This document shows, in pieces, positions 11,906-26,889 of a stretch of 64,000 bases of DNA. The position numbers were made by a program, and so were the translations under genes. The notes beneath the pieces are model-generated. The model did no database searches. It saw only the letters and a program-made list of their open reading frames with translations, and had not been told where the DNA came from. The stretch lies in the NCBI RefSeq assembly GCF_035084215.1, contig NC_090340.1:5704001-5768000 (forward strand), given 5' to 3'. The first letter of the stretch is position 1. Each line of letters starts with the position of its first letter. This DNA comes from Heptranchias perlo. Taxonomy: Eukaryota.

Positions 11906-14900
11906 GTCCATGGAAGCAAAAGATCAGACAATATCATAACATCAATCGGCCTGAAATTACCCCAAGGTCAACTCGGCAAAAGTATTGAAACACGATGGTC
12001 ACCTAAGCACAAAAATAATCTTGTGCAGGCTGCTGGTGGTCGGTCCATGGTAGTGTTTTTGGACCCCTGTCAGTATTTTGGGTGCTTATTTGTTCGTTTA
12101 TTCATTTAATATTTAAACCAAACTTCCCCTTTTTCTTCCCATTTGTTTCACTGCTAAAGGCAAGGAATCTGCCTTCATTCTATGGATTCTAGCAACTTTC
12201 CGGTGTTTTATCCGCGTGGCAAAACTTTATGTATGAGTCCAGACACGGAGTGTGGGGAGGAATTTAATTTTGGTGGAACATCACAGTCGAAAAGCGTCCT
12301 GTGTTTAATGGACATTCACACCCGTGCATTTCCCAATAGAAATTCTTGTAAAGCGACCACAAGAATGGACCCTGTTTATATTTCAGCTGCTATAAAGGGC
12401 TTGGAGGTCAGTCCTAACAGCCCTACGTCAAGGGAGTTTCTGCTAATGATAGCGGTTAAACGCTACCTCTACTTTTCTTCAGATTTCTGAAGGGCAACTG
12501 GTGGAGCTACCTAGCAACAACATTCTCATTGCATGTGATGAAACTATGACCGATAAAATTATTATGATTATGATGTATTGCCCACTAGTGATCTATAAAA
12601 CTTGATACCTTAAACCACCTCTTCTTTGTGCATGTTTCAACAGTGAATTGACGGGTTTTTTCTCAATGGTGCGGTCTCAGAATAGTGTACGTCGGTTGAT
12701 AATATCTGGAACAAGTCAAGCGGGTGAGATATATTGTTCTTTGTTTATTATTTCTAATTGAGAGATCACTAAGCTATTCTACACGTGTAAAGCTGTATGT
12801 GGTTGGTTGAGATTTTCCGGGGCGCTTTTGTGCCATATTGAGAATTTGGGAATCGCTGTTAGCCTTTCATGCACAATCAATCTGTGCGAGCAGCATACTT
12901 ACACTGATGCGTTCTGGGTGAGTTAAGGGCGTCATTATATATGTATATCGATGTGAAAGCTGTGACGTAGCCCAGAATTGAGCTGCGCGACTGCAGGCAG
13001 GAACCGCTTCAGGCGGTCGAGAAAAGTTCTGGTAGGTATTTATATGTCGCATTTGCCTCTCTCTATGCAAGAATGTTCGAGTTTGTTTGATGTGGCAATC
13101 TGCAGACTGTTGACGACGGAATATTAACACTATTTCTGAATACTACTCAAGATTCCCTAAATGGGAGCTGAGGAAAGACTGACCTAATGTGCTCTAGATT
13201 TCGTCGGCCAGAAGTCACGTCCCAGATATAAATGGTTGGAGGAGGCCGTAGGGTATGGGCAGTTGGAGCTCAAAAACTCGAACTGGGCGTTGGGAACCCA
13301 AAGTCATGTAATAAAATAAAAGCGACAATAGAATCTTCTGCTGATCAACTCGCTGATCATTGAGATCTTGTCTGCGAAAATTGAGAACTATTATTTGGTT
13401 GTATTTCCCTGTATCCATATTTTACAAAAGTGATACCCGGTATGGAAGGTAGTTGAAAGGCTCCACACTATTTTTACTTGTTGAAGTAATACCTCCACAC
13501 CCGACCCTCGGCTGTAGACACTGGAACTAAGAGAGTCATTTGAAAGTTCGCAAGTTCCATATTACCAAACGTTATTCTTATGCTTTCATTCAAAACAAAA
13601 TTTCCAGAATAAAGTTGAAAAGGCGAACAAGTTTAATATTTTAGTGAGTACGTTAACAATCTTTACACGTTTTATCGCGCATTGCCTACAGCTGCCCGAA
13701 ACGTATTCTTTTATGCCTTGTTACTGAATTGCTGCAATAAAAGTCAAGAAATGCAAAGGTTTTGGTGAAGCTAAGGTATTTTCAATTGGAAAGGAAAGTT
13801 GGTCTAACTTATCCAGACATTGGGATTCCCAGGAAACTTGATTGAATTACAAACTCCATCTGTAGATAATTAACTAGCAGAGTAGTTTCCTGTACAGCTG
13901 GGATGCATCTAACCGCAGAGACTCGAGAGAGGGAGCACTGAACCGCAAACGGGTGGGAACCAAAGTGCTATTTGGTGAAATTAATTGAAAGTGAGCGCTG
14001 AAACCTATTTCGGCTCTGGTCAAATTACTTCTCACATTCACTGCTTTCAAAAGCAGAGTGCAACTTTAAAATGTCAGACGTTTTACTCCAGCCTTTAGAC
14101 AGAAGGTTGCACTGTTCTTCATGTTTCCTGTTTAATAAATCTCTGCAAATCAATCTGGTATTTGATTCAGAATCTGAGCCTATCATAAGTGTGTACCTGT
14201 GTCAAAACACCTTGGTTGCAAAAAAAAATGATAAATCCAAGAGAATCGCACCAGAAAGCAAGCACGACAATCTTTGCCCTCTCGGGTGAAATATTATTTG
14301 ATTTGTGTTTATTATTTATTGATGAGTATGCTGCCAAGCAGCTTTATGCACATAATGCATTTATTCAATTCCTTTCGCATGTCTGCCAGCAGATGGTACT
14401 ATTGCATTTTATGAAGCTTCTTCAACTGTCCCAAAATGTGTGTAATTTCGCCAATAACGCCAATGAGGATTGAGTAAAACTGAATTGAAAGCCACGAAAA
14501 AGAAACGTCAACCGTCCGTGGAGCTTTTTGCGATTTATTTATAATTGTTCTTACTCTCAAGCAAAGAACTTATTCACGTTTTCAATAGTTATGATTTCGC
14601 ATTGGTGTTTTTTTGCCAGGATTGTTATATTCCATCGCACCTCATTCTGCGACTAGCCTTGCAGCAACATCGGCCAGGCCTGCTGCCCCTAGCTGTCACC
14701 GATTAAGAACGTTTGGACCTCTCGAGCACTGCATTAACTAATTCCGAAAGACCACGGTTGGTAAAACGGCCTTGTCAGAGGAACGTAGGAATAGGAATAG
14801 GCCATTCAGCCCCACGAGCCTGTTCCACCATTCAATTAGATCATGGCTGATCTGACGGTGATGTACCAAAGTTTCTGCAGAATTGCACTCTCCCTGCAGT

Positions 14901-16579
14901 GCTTACTTACATCTGAAGATAAATCAAGTTGTTTAACTGGTTGTTACACCATCAAACCAGTATGAAATTACAATGAACACAGGGAACGGCCGTGGCTCGG
15001 TTTATAGCATTAGTCCCATACCAATGTGAGTAATAGTTATACCCAATAGAAAATATAAGTGATTGCACATGAAAAACTTTCAGTGCTATGTACGTAATAA
15101 CACATATTAACACGGGCGTTCAAATTTCGTTCAATGTCACTGATATTTATCTATATAAAATTATGTTGACTCGATCGTTGCAGTAAAATAGTACAATTTG
15201 TCCGGCAGTCTTCTTTGATCCTGAAAGTGTGAGACTTTTTTAATTAGTTGGAGAAATGAAAGAAAATAATAACTTGTTTGAATATGGCTCCTTCCCACGT
15301 TTCACGGAACATCCCAGAGTGCTTCAGAACCAAATCATTCCTTTGTGAAGGGTCAATTTTATTCTGTAGGTAGAAATCACATCTAACTTAGGACAATGAG
15401 CAAAGGGGGAGGATTAATGAAATATCTCTAGTAATGGTGATAACTAACCACGGCCAACTGGTCATAACTTAAATGTTTTAGTGAGTTAGTGGAGAATATC
15501 CTGCAGTTTTCACTTAGATTAGCAATACGATTTTTCCTCTTTTTCCCAGTTAACATTACTAGCTATTCGCGAGAAGGTACAAGTGGTTTCGCCAATTAAT
15601 GAACCAGTGATCATCTATGTGCCGGACTGTCTTTTCTCACTGTTGCATTTGTGTCCGTATCGAGCTGCCATTTTCTAAAAGTGAGCAACATGGAAACATT
15701 CAGCAACAAAGTGTAATAATCACGGTTTTGGTCCCTTTTTAAGAAGAACTTCGTGAAGTGAGACATCCGCTCAACTTGTTACACAGGACTGTTCAGGATC
15801 AAAATATGGAGCTGACAATTCATTAACAATATACGGCAAATGTCCACCTACAGAGTGGGCTGTCTGTGCGACCAGTCATGCATGGGGCTGGAAAACAAAA
15901 GCGCTGATTCAACTGTTCAAAGAGCCACAGTAATGAAGCAGGTATTCGTTGCTGGTCGTCTGTACGCAAGGACCTGTGTATTGCACCGAGCTCCGCTGTG
16001 TTTCTGCCTTCACTCCTTTTTCCGGAGGGTAGGACCGGCTACCTAAAATGTCCTCACGTGAATGTGGGTGTACATATGGTAATGATAATAAATGAGTGAA
16101 CCGCACGATCCGCGTTTTTCCCATTATTTGCTCTGACTGAACACTACATGCAGGGGCCACCGTGATGACTAATGCCAAGCGTTCAATGGTCAGATTACGG
16201 GTCTTTGTAGGAATACTGATCAAGGGGGATCTGCAGTTTCCCCACGATTGTAACTGTGCGCATGTTCAGCACATATTGAAAATGTTCTATCCTCATCAAG
16301 GTGCTCTATGGATTGTTTCTTCCTCCTACCACAGCAGGAGTTCTTCCCGCTCTGGTCTGACTCCCGGAAGGAGGGAGCAGAACCAGATTCCAGACTCCAA
16401 ACGTCTGCAAAACGGCTGGAGTCAGGGAGGGCATATTTAGGTTTGGCGGAAGTTTTGTCCAGCTAGAGATGACCCAGAATTAGAAACTCCAATCCATGGG
16501 AGTGGCTTTCCACAGGGCTTCTCCCGCTCGTCCCCTGTAACTTGGAGGAATATGCGCGGAAACCCCAGAAAATCAGCGT

Positions 16580-18500
16580 CGAGATCAGGCTGAATATGGA
16601 AAGTTCAGAGGGGAAATGAAAAATGAAATGAGAGGGGCAAAGAGAGAGTATGCGAATAGACTGGTGGTAAACATAAAAGTGAATCCAAATGTCTTCTATA
16701 GGCATGTAAACAGTACACGGGTAGTAAGAGGAGTGGTGGGACCTTTTAGACACCAAAAAGGATATCTAGCCATGGAGGCTAGGCCGGTGTCCTAAATGAG
16801 TACTTTGCATCTGCCTTTACCAAGGAAGAAGATGCTGCTAGAGCGTCAGTAAAGGAACATGCAGTTGAGGCACTGGATGGGCTAGGATTTGACACAGAGG
16901 GGGTATTAGAAAGGCTAGCTGTACGTAAAGTAGATAAGTCACCCGGTCCAGATGGGATGCATCGTAGGTTCCTGAGGGATGTAAGGCTGGAAATTGCGGA
17001 GGTACTGGCCATAATCTTCGAAACAATACGGGAGTGCTGCCAGAGGACTGGAGAATTGCAAATGTTACATCTTTGTTCAAAAAAGGGTGTAAGGATAAAC
17101 CCAACAACTACAGGCCAGTCAGGTCAACCTCGGTGGTGGGGAAACTTTTAGAAAGGACAATCCGGGACAGATTTAGCAGTCACTTGGATAAGTTTGGATT
17201 GATTAGCGGAAGCCAGCACGAATTTATTAAAGGCAAATCGTGTTTACCTAACTTGATAGAGTTTTTTGATGAGGTAACAGAGAGGGTAGATGAGGGCAAT
17301 GCAGTTGATGTGGTGTATATGGACTATCAAAGGCTGTTTGATAAAGTGCCGCATAATAGGCTTGTCATCAATATTGAAGCCCATGGAATAATGGGTGCAG
17401 TCGCAGCATGGATAGAAATTGGCTAAGTAACAGGAAGCAGAAAGTAGTGGTGAACGGTTGATTTTCGGACTGGAGGGAGGTGAACAGTGGTGTTCCCCAG
17501 GGGTCCGTACTAGGATCACTGCTTTTTTGATAGATATTGATGCCTTGGACACGGGTGTACAGAGCACAATTTCAAAATTTGCTGATGACACAAAACTTGG
17601 AAGTTTAGTGAACAGTGAGAAGGATATCGAGGACTTCAAGAGGATATAGACAGGCTGGTGAAATTGGTGGACACGTGGCAGATGAAATTTAACGCAGAAA
17701 ATTGCGAAGTGATACATTTCGGTAGCGCAAATGAGGAGAGGCGATATAAACTAGAGGGCACAATTACAAAAGGGGTACAGGAACAGAGAATCTGGGAGTA
17801 TATGTGCACAAATCGTTGAAGTTGTCAGGGCAGGTTGAGAAAACGGTTACGAAAGAATACGGGATCCTGGGCTTTATAAACAGAAGCATAGAGTACAAAA
17901 GCAAGGAAGTCATGATGAACCTTTATAAAACACTAGTTCGACCACAACTGGAGTATTGTGTCCAGTTCTAGGCACTGAAATATAGGAAAGATGTCAAGGC
18001 TTTAGAGAGGGAGCAGAAAAGATTTACTAGAATGATTCCAGGATCGATGGACTTTAGTTACATGGATGGACTGGAGAAGCTGGGGTTGTTCTACTTGGAA
18101 CACAGAAGATTGAGAGGAGATTCGATAGAGGTATTTAAAATCATGAAGGGACTAGACAGAATAGATAGAGAGAAACTGTTACCATTGGTGGAAGGGTAAA
18201 AAACCAGAGGACATAGATTTAAGGTAATTGGCAAAAGAACCAAAGGTGACATGAGGAATTTTTTTTCACACAGCTAATGGTTAGGATGTGCAATGCACTG
18301 CCATAGGACGAAGTGTAGGCAGATTCAATCATGGCTTTTAAAAGGGAACTGGACAAATACTTGAAAGGAAACGAATGCAGGGCCAAGGCAATAGGGTGGG
18401 GGAGTGGGACTAGCTGGATTTCTCTTGTATAGAGCCGGCACGGACTCGACGGGCCGAATTGCCTCCTTCCGTGCCGTAACCTTTCTATAATTCTATGATT
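16580..18500 (+). mobile_element. CR1 LINE, 5'-truncated, frameshifted RT + 3' UTR
   Basis: PEDWRIANVTSLFKKG...NYRPV...KFADDTKLG; tail ctttctataattctatgatt. Confidence 0.92.
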
Positions 18501-19394
18501 CACGCCGTTTCCCCGGATTTGTGCGGCTATTTTTCGTCGAAGTTATCGCAGACGAGCGGCAGAACCCTCGCTAATTTTCGTTGTCATGAAATTTGAGTGC
18601 GTGTTTTTTAATAAATATGTAGATAATTCTTACAAAATGTACAGTCATTTAAATAGGCAAAAGTGAAAATAAGTATTTTACTGATAGAATCTAGGAGAAT
18701 GAAACCAATTAAGTTATAATATATTGTTCCTGATATTCCATTTTTGTATTTTAAGTAGATAGGTTGCATCATTGTTGTTTGCAGTGTACTGAATGGATAG
18801 CAGAGAGAAGAATGAAGCTCTCTCTTGGAGATAATCCGCATTATGTGCTTTAGGGAACACTTTTCTGAACAGTAGGAACAGTAGGAATGTTCTGAAATAA
18901 AAATTCACACCACTTCTCACCAAGGTGCTGATCCCCCATCAGTGCAGTAATGGCGGGTTGTTCTAGTTGGGGATCTAGACGCCATCCGTGACGGTCAAAG
19001 GCCGCTGACGTTGCGATTACTCTCGAGGACCTGACTGCTGATGTAAAAGAAGATTGCAGATCCTAGGAAATAAGCCAGGATTCCACTACCCAGTAGTTTC
19101 TGCAGGACATTTCGGTCGTCTAACCTTTTTTTTATTAATCTCTCTCCAGATTGTGCTTACAACATTACAGGCATATCAATATTTGCTAATCATTGCTACT
19201 TTCAGTGTTAACCATCGATGGTCATACATGACATACATACAGGATGCAAAATATTTGTGAAAATGTTGCAATATCGAAAATGGAAAGTGGAATCACCTGC
19301 AAACCCATAGTCCAGCTGCATTATACGTGGCCAATTACTTACACATAGGATGAATTCCACATTGATGGCATGTCTGTTGCTATAGAGAAATACA

Positions 19395-19837
19395 TAGAAT
19401 TAATATTGCGCCTTTTCCGACCTCAGGACGTCCCAAAGTGCTTCACAGCCAATGATCTATTTTTGAAGTGTAGTCACTATTACTGTAATGTAGGGAAGCG
19501 TGGCAGTCAATTTGGGCACAGCAATGTCCCGCAAACAGCAATAAGATAATGACCAGAAAATCGGTTTTAGTTATGTTGGTTGAGGTATAAATATTGGCCA
19601 GGACACCGGGTTAACTTCAATGCTCTGCTTCGTATAGTGCCATAGGATCTTTTACATCCACCTTAGAGAGCAGACGGGGTCTTGGTTTAATGCCCCATCC
19701 GAAAGACAGCAAATCTGACAGTGCAGTACTCCCGCAGCACGTCTTCAGTACTGCACTGAAGTGCGAGACGACATTATGTACTCAAGTCAGTCCTGCAGTG
19801 GGGCATGAACCTTCAGACACTGAGCCACGGCTGGCAC
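19395..19837 (-). mobile_element. tRNA-derived SINE with Deu-domain (SacSINE1/DeuSINE-like)
   Basis: Sense strand: gccgtggctcagtg A-box head, cagtactg...ttcggatggggcattaaacc...cctggccaatatttatacctcaacc core, ctttgggacgtcctgaggtcggaaaaggcgc tail. Confidence 0.8.
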
Positions 19838-22800
19838 ATCTATATCCTTATTAGGATTTCAATGTTGTCTACTTATACATTCCCTTCAAACAAAATCACA
19901 AAATCCAAAGTAATGGAGCATTTTGGAGCAATTCCTCTCAGTTTAATTCCATCGATTATTTTTGGCATCTGGGGTCAACATTGGGAAGCTTGCTGCATAA
20001 ACACAATCCTATCTTCGTCTGGATCGACACTTCTCTTCCCCAATCAACATGACTGAACAAATCCTTAAATGACAGCACATTATGCACCATTACTCATAGT
20101 TGCAAAATTAGATCAACTCTATGGTGCTGCATTTGCTTACAGCAGCACTATGTAAAAAAAAGTAAAGGGAAGATATTTCCTCTTTGTGCAAAGCTGTAGC
20201 ATACTTTGCGGAAGCTTGGTGTAGAGTGAATAATGGGTTATTGTAACTGTGGATCATGTTGTCATGTTGTCACGTCGCATCAATCATTGATATGAATTGA
20301 AGGTACAGTAAAGTACACGGTGAACCCTGCACAGCTACTTTTGAAAAATGTACATCACTTTCTCATTAATCAGCACAGTTGCTTTTTGATATATTTTTTA
20401 ATTTAGTAAAATTAATCTGTGGGACTTCAAGAAATGCTTGGTCAATTGGTACTGCAATGGTTTAAACAAAGTTTTACAACAAACTGCGTCTATGAATATG
20501 TATGAATCAAAAATGAGTAAATGTGAGCCTCATAGTGGTATTAGCGAATGGCCGTTTTAGTAAGTATCCAGTACATATTTCTGTTTAAAAGGCATACTGC
20601 ATATATTTTAAATGAAAGTGCTGGCATGGCTGTTTACAATTATTTTTCTCCAGCAACTTATTAAATGCATATTTCAATATCTGATCAATATAAATTTTGC
20701 AGCTGGAAATTTCATGAAAATTTAGAGTTGATGTAAAGTGGTAACCGTTTCTTAATGAACAATACTGGGTGTTGTGATTTAATGGGTTAGTTTGGGGGAG
20801 GGGAAGGTTAAAAAAACACAGGTTCAATGTTGGAGGGTTAGATGGAGCTAAAAATATAACACAACTTAATAGCATCACGAAATAGATTAGAGGCTTGCTT
20901 TTTTCTGAAACATTCTGGGCTGAACTGTAGGTGCTAAAGTTTGCAACATTCCAAGTCTATTTATTTGCTTGTAAGACCAGCTGATGCATAACACGAGGGA
21001 ATAGACCAGAATACCAAGAGGGCTAAGAAATTACAAATCCTTGTCTCCGTTTGAAGAGACCACCTTAGACACTCCTGCGCATGCCAGCATCAGTGAAGCA
21101 GGGGGAGGTGAAACCAAAGAACTCGCCAACGCTTAATGATTGTACCATCCGCCTTTTTTATATCGTATCCCCTTCTCGAACATTAATGTATAAGCGTATA
21201 AAGAACCCGAAAACACACTCACAGTCTGAGACTGTAAAATCAGTTTGAAGGTTCGCCTTGTAGCTAACATGGCTCCGCTTCTGATTTTCAGACTTTGAAG
21301 AGTAGCCTGTTAGTACTGACCAATCCAGCACCCCACAATACATACGTCACACAAATCCGTGTTTCCAAGCACCAGCACATGTATCTGCATCACCGTGGAT
21401 GCAGACTGCGAAATTTAGCACGTTACACGAAATGTGCCACAGCAAACAAATGGAGCAGACCAGATAGTACTGCTAGAAGCGGGGCAGTGACATGCTGTCC
21501 GTATGGCCCCACGGATATTATCACTCACCATCTGTGCTTTGGGACATGCAGCAGTGCAGCGCATGAGACAGTCATGTGAGGGCCTGCAGCAATTCAACAC
21601 TCCCTTAGTACAGCAATGGACTGTCAGCATAGATTATGTGCTCAATTTGGCAGTGCTGGATTGACACCAACAATATTTCTCTCCACGGGAAGCGTGAAAT
21701 AAGCTGACACAAGGTGATAAATGGAATCCCCTTATTGGGAACGGTAACGACGCAAAAATGCTGGTATAATTTTAGAGATAGTTTGATGTCATGATGAGCG
21801 ACGGCAAGGTCTTCTAAAAAAGAAGGCTTCATCCGCAGCATTTGTTAGCCAAATGGTTGTTACCGTGCATCTAGAAATAGCCTGGGTTCAGACCGGTCAT
21901 AAATCAATGTAAGCTTTATTTGTGAGTAATTTCAAAATCAACAAAGCAACCATATTTCATAATCCTAAGAAGGTATGAGGTAACCTTATCGAGTACAGGA
22001 TACAACAACCTCAAATCTACACTCGCTGTCCAGGGAACTGCGTCTGCTCGGGACTTTTCATGGAGGATTTCCACGGCGCAACTCTTAGGTACAGAGTACA
22101 GAGTCACTGTGCCGTTCCTTATCACTGTTACCTGGCTATTAGTTGGTCCCGCCAATGGTATTCCCACATTTTTTTCAAAACTTTTCATAAACTTTACTAC
22201 GTTTGTTTGAGCAAATGGTGCTGTTATGCTGAAGTATCCCACTGCTATCCTGGTACCTCCTGCCAATGGGAACTTACACCATATCATCCAGCATTATACC
22301 ATTCTTTAGCATAGCTGATCAATCATTCATCCCCGTGAACCTGGCAGCTCCAGTAAATGATAGCTTCCTTATCGCCCAGCGCGTTCTCATTCGGCCTTGC
22401 GAACTTCTTCCTGTAGGTAAAAGTCTTCAACAGTACACGACCAAAAGTCATGAACTTCAATTCAGCCCCGAGAATTCCTGCTGCTCCCCTGATTAACATT
22501 TTCCATTCCAATTCTTTACATTCAGCAAACGATATTATCCCTTACTATTAGTTACCATAGCTGGAGTTGCGATACAAATTGCCTTTGACGGCGCTGGGTG
22601 TTGGTTAATATTACCGAGGGAATAAGATTGTACGCCACCTGCTTCAATATGCACGGCTATGCTGTGTGTTCTCTGATATTTTCTCAACGAACCTGTCGGT
22701 AGCTGAGGACTCCGTCATTATCGTTCTGGCCTCCCGATATGTTCATATGTTTTACTTATTCTCCTCCCTTGCTTAGAACATTTATCTCAACAATCTAATA

Positions 22801-23040
22801 ATTACTTCCTTCCTTTCACTGTGCTTCACCGGAATCAAAATTGCACCAGTAGCTCGCACTGCTGCAGCAGATCATAACATTTCATAAACAAAGGTTTGTG
22901 GTTCTTCAAAGCACTGAAGTGACAACAACATTTATATTCAGCTCCGTCATATTTTCCATCTTTAAGATCTCTTTGATTCTGTTCATACTTATGCGCAAAC
23001 CGCTGCTTATATAGAGAGCATTTCACAAAACACCCGCAAA

Positions 23041-25690
23041 GTCATAGAGTCATAGAGTTATACAGCACGGATAGAGGCCCTTCGGCCCATCGTGTCGGCG
23101 CCGGCCATCAGCCCTGTCTACTCAAATCCCATATTCCAGCATTTGGTCCGTAGCCTTGTGTGCTATGGCATTTCAAGTGCTCATCCAAATGCTTCTTGAA
23201 TGTTGTGAGGGTTCCTGCCTCAACAACCCTTTCAGACAGTGAGTTCCAGACTCCAACCACCCTCTGGGTGAAAAAGTTCTTTCTAAAATCCCCTCTAAAC
23301 CTCCCTCCTTTTACCTTGAATCTATGTCCCCTTGTTATAGAACCCTCAACGAAGGGAAAAAGCTCATAAGTATCCATCCTATCTGTGCCCCTCATAATTT
23401 TGTACACCTCAATCATGTCCCCCCTCAGCCTCCTCTGCTCCAAGGAAAACAAACCCAATCTTCCCAGTCTCTCTTCATAGCTGAAGCGCTCCAGCCCTGG
23501 TAACATCCTGGTGAATCTCCTCTGCACCTTCTCCAAAGCGATCACATCCTTCCTGTAGTGTGGCGACCAGAACTGCACACAGTACTCCAGCTGTGGCCTA
23601 ACCAGTGTTTTATACAGCTCCATCATAACCTCCTTGCTCTTATATTCTATGCCTCGGCTAATAAAGGCAAGTATCCCATGTGCCTTCTTTACCACCTTAT
23701 CTACCTGTTCCGCCACCTTCAGGGATCTGTGAACTTGCACACCAAGATCCCTCTGACCCTCTGTCTTGCCTAGGGTCCTCCCATTCATTGTGTATTCCCT
23801 TGTCTTGTTAGTCCCTCCAAAGTGCATCACCTCGCACTTTTCCGGGTTAAATTCCATTTGCCACTGTTCCGCCCATCTGACCAACCCATCTATATCGTCC
23901 TGCAGACTGAGGCTATCCTCCTCGCTATTTACCACCCTACCAATCTTTGTATCATCAGCGAACTTACTGATCATACCTTTTACATTCATATCCAAGTCAT
24001 TAATGTAGACCACAAACAGCAAGGGACCCAGCACCGATCCCTGTGGTACCCCACTTGCCACAGGCTTCCAGTCACAAAAACAACCTTCGACCATCACCCT
24101 CTGCCTTCTGCCACTAAGCCAGTTTTGTATCCAAAGTGCCAAGGCACCCTGGATTCCATGGGCTCGTACCTTCTTGACCAGTCTCCTGTGGTGGACTTTA
24201 TCGAAGGCCTTACTGAAATCCATGTATACCACATCCACTGCGTTACCCTCATCCACACGCCTAGTCACCCCCTCAAAAAATTCAATCAAATTAGTCAGAC
24301 ATGATCTTCCCTTGACAAAGCCATGTTGACTATCCCTGATTAATCCTTGCTTCTCCAAGTGGAGACTAATTTTGTCCTTCAGAATTTTTTCCAATAATTT
24401 TCCTACCACTGATGTTGGGCTCACTGACCTGTAGTTCCCCGGTTTTTCCCTACTCCCCTTCTTTAATAATGGTATTACATTAGCGGTTCTCCAGTCCTCT
24501 GGCACATCCGCTGTGGCCAGAGAGGTTCTGAATATATGTGTCAGAGCCCCCGCAATCTCCTCCTTTGCCTCACACAGTAGCCTGGGATACATTTCGTCCG
24601 GGCCTGGGGATTTATCCATTTTTAGGCCTGCTAAAACCGCCAATACCTCCTCCCGCTCGATGTTAATATGTTCGAGTATATCACAGTCACCCTGCCGTAT
24701 TTCTATGTCTACATCGTCCTTCTCCATAGTGAAAACAGATGCAAAAAATTCATTTAGAACCCCTCCTGCATCTGCCGGCTCCACACACAGATTGCCATTT
24801 TTGTCCCTAATGGGCCCTATTTTTTCCCTAGTCATCCTCTTACCCTTAATATACTTATAAAACATCTTAGGATTTTCCTTTATTTTACTCGCCAGTGTTA
24901 TTTCATGGCCCCTCCTTGATCTCCTAATTTCTTTTTTAATATGCCCCTGCACTTTTTGTACTCCTCTAGGGCTTCCTCCGTCTTTAGCCTTTTGTATCTG
25001 CCAAAAGCCCTCCTTTTTTTCCTAATCCATTCTCGTGTATCCCCTGACATCCAAGGTTCCCTGGAGTTCTTGGAACCACCCTTGTCCTTTACGGGAACAT
25101 GTTGCCATTGTATGGTCTCAATCTCCCTTCTGAAAGACTCCCATTGCTCCGATGTGGATTTTCCTACAAGCAGCTGATCCCAGTCCATTTTGGCCAGATC
25201 CTGCCTTATCCTATTAAAATCGGCCTTCCCCCAATTTAGAACCTTTATTTCCGGCCCCTCCCTGTCCTTTTCCATGACCACCTTAAATCTCACCGAATTA
25301 TGGTCAATGTCACCACAGTGCTCACCTACTAGCACTTCTTCCACTTGGCCGGCCACATTCCCTAGAATTAGGTCCAGTACCGCCCCCTCTCTTGTTGGAC
25401 TTTCTACATGCTGGCTCAAAAAGCTCTCCTGGATGCACGTTAAGAATTTTGTACCCTCTAAGCCTTTTACACTCTGAGTATCCCAGTTAATATTGGGGAA
25501 GTTGAAATCCCCCACTATTATTACCCTATTATTTGCACAATTTTCTGAGATTTGCCTACATATCTGTTCCTCTATCTCCCCCTGACTGTTTGGGGGCCTA
25601 TAGTACACTCCCATCAAAGTGCTTGCCCCCTTTTTGTTTTTAAGCTCCACCCATATGGCCTCATTATAGGAACCTGCTAATATATCATTA
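23041..25690 (-). mobile_element. Young CR1 LINE, 5'-truncated: APE (24898-25690) + 614-aa open RT region (23108-24952), one frameshift
   Basis: YYRPPN, VGDFNFP, LDLILGN, DFSKAFDKV, GVPQGSVLGP, KFADDTK, WSPHYRKD; (CTCTATGA)n tail. Confidence 0.96.
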
Positions 25691-25832
25691 GTCCATCCAC
25701 AGTATTCCACACGTGACACCACGAAACAGTCATAATCAATTATCTGAAAGTATTTCTGGGCACAACTATTTCGTGCTTATTCTGAACAAGTGTTCGAGAT
25801 CATTTCTGTTTATCTGTCTGCCAATCCGGATT

Positions 25833-25917
25833 ATGTTTCGCTACATATTCCTCATACAGATTATTTTCTGGGGATTTTTTGTTGATTTAACTAAACCTTC
25901 TCGAAACATGTGGCAAG
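25833..25917 (+). CDS. Receptor gene A exon 1: putative signal peptide (MFRYIFLIQIIFWGFFVDLTKPSRNMWQ-G)
   Basis: ATG + hydrophobic stretch, ending at a phase-1 CAAG|gtaaga donor that matches the phase-1 acceptor of the V exon. Confidence 0.6.
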
Positions 25918-26889
25918 GTAAGATGTATATCTTTGTACAGTAACATTATTTAAAAGCGTATCGTTGATCAAGAATTCGGGTCTTTTATTTTATTCTTGTC
26001 TCTGTTCTCTCTCTCCTTTCCTTGATAACGTAAGAGTAATTAATGCAATAAGTCCGGTTAATGCAATTCCAGTGGTTCCTGTTTTTGCTTCACTCGAATG
26101 GTTTCATTCCTGACCACTGATAGCGGCTCAAATCCTTCAATTAATTCCTCTTGAAGGGTAACATCGGAGTATTATCAAATCTGGAATTGCCCTCTGTTTA
26201 ATGTTTATGCTGAAACGTGGTATACTGAGCAGGTTGATTGGAAATACGAAACATACAAAGCTGATACAAAATATTAATTGACATCTCAAAATATCTGGAG
26301 CAAAATGGTTTAGTGGTCTTTAACTTTTAATTTTTGTGAGGTTCTAAGCTTTCTATCATGATTCATGGGAAATGTTATGCAAAGGGAAAAATATATTTTT
26401 TTATTGAAAGCCCTGTATGGATTCACGAACGGGGAGCTCAGTTCAGCTAACACGGGGCTTAAAGACAACTAAGTACTCTTATAATCTATAGTGGAAATAG
26501 TGATGATATTATAGATTGCAGTCATCTGGCAAAGTTCTATACTGGTCATTAATAGCTACGGTTGTGAATCATCGAACAGGCTACAGATTTTTGCATTAGG
26601 TAGACATTAATCAGGAAAAACAAGGGAGATTATAATCGGAACGTTTCGGACTGGAAATAGACTAGAAGTGGCAAATCCGTAGAATGAGCCTTAGGCTACC
26701 TGGCATTTTAAATATATTAATATGCTGTAGTAAAAGTAAAATCTTCCAGCTGTATATACTAAACGATGTGAATGATCGTCTTTTCCGGGCTTTCCGACGT
26801 TCATCCGCTGAAGTTACAGCGGGAGATCAGAATAACCCACTAGGAAATTCCAGGGGTACACTTTTCTGACGGAAAATCCATGACCCGCA

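Noticed and set aside
15909-16043. Possible - strand terminal exon (SRSYPPEKGVK...)
   Set aside because: Acceptor-like site only; no domain similarity or partner exons.
22278-22411. Exon-like segment on the - strand (ctacag|...|gtaagt)
   Set aside because: Stops in all three frames; at most non-coding, unsupported.
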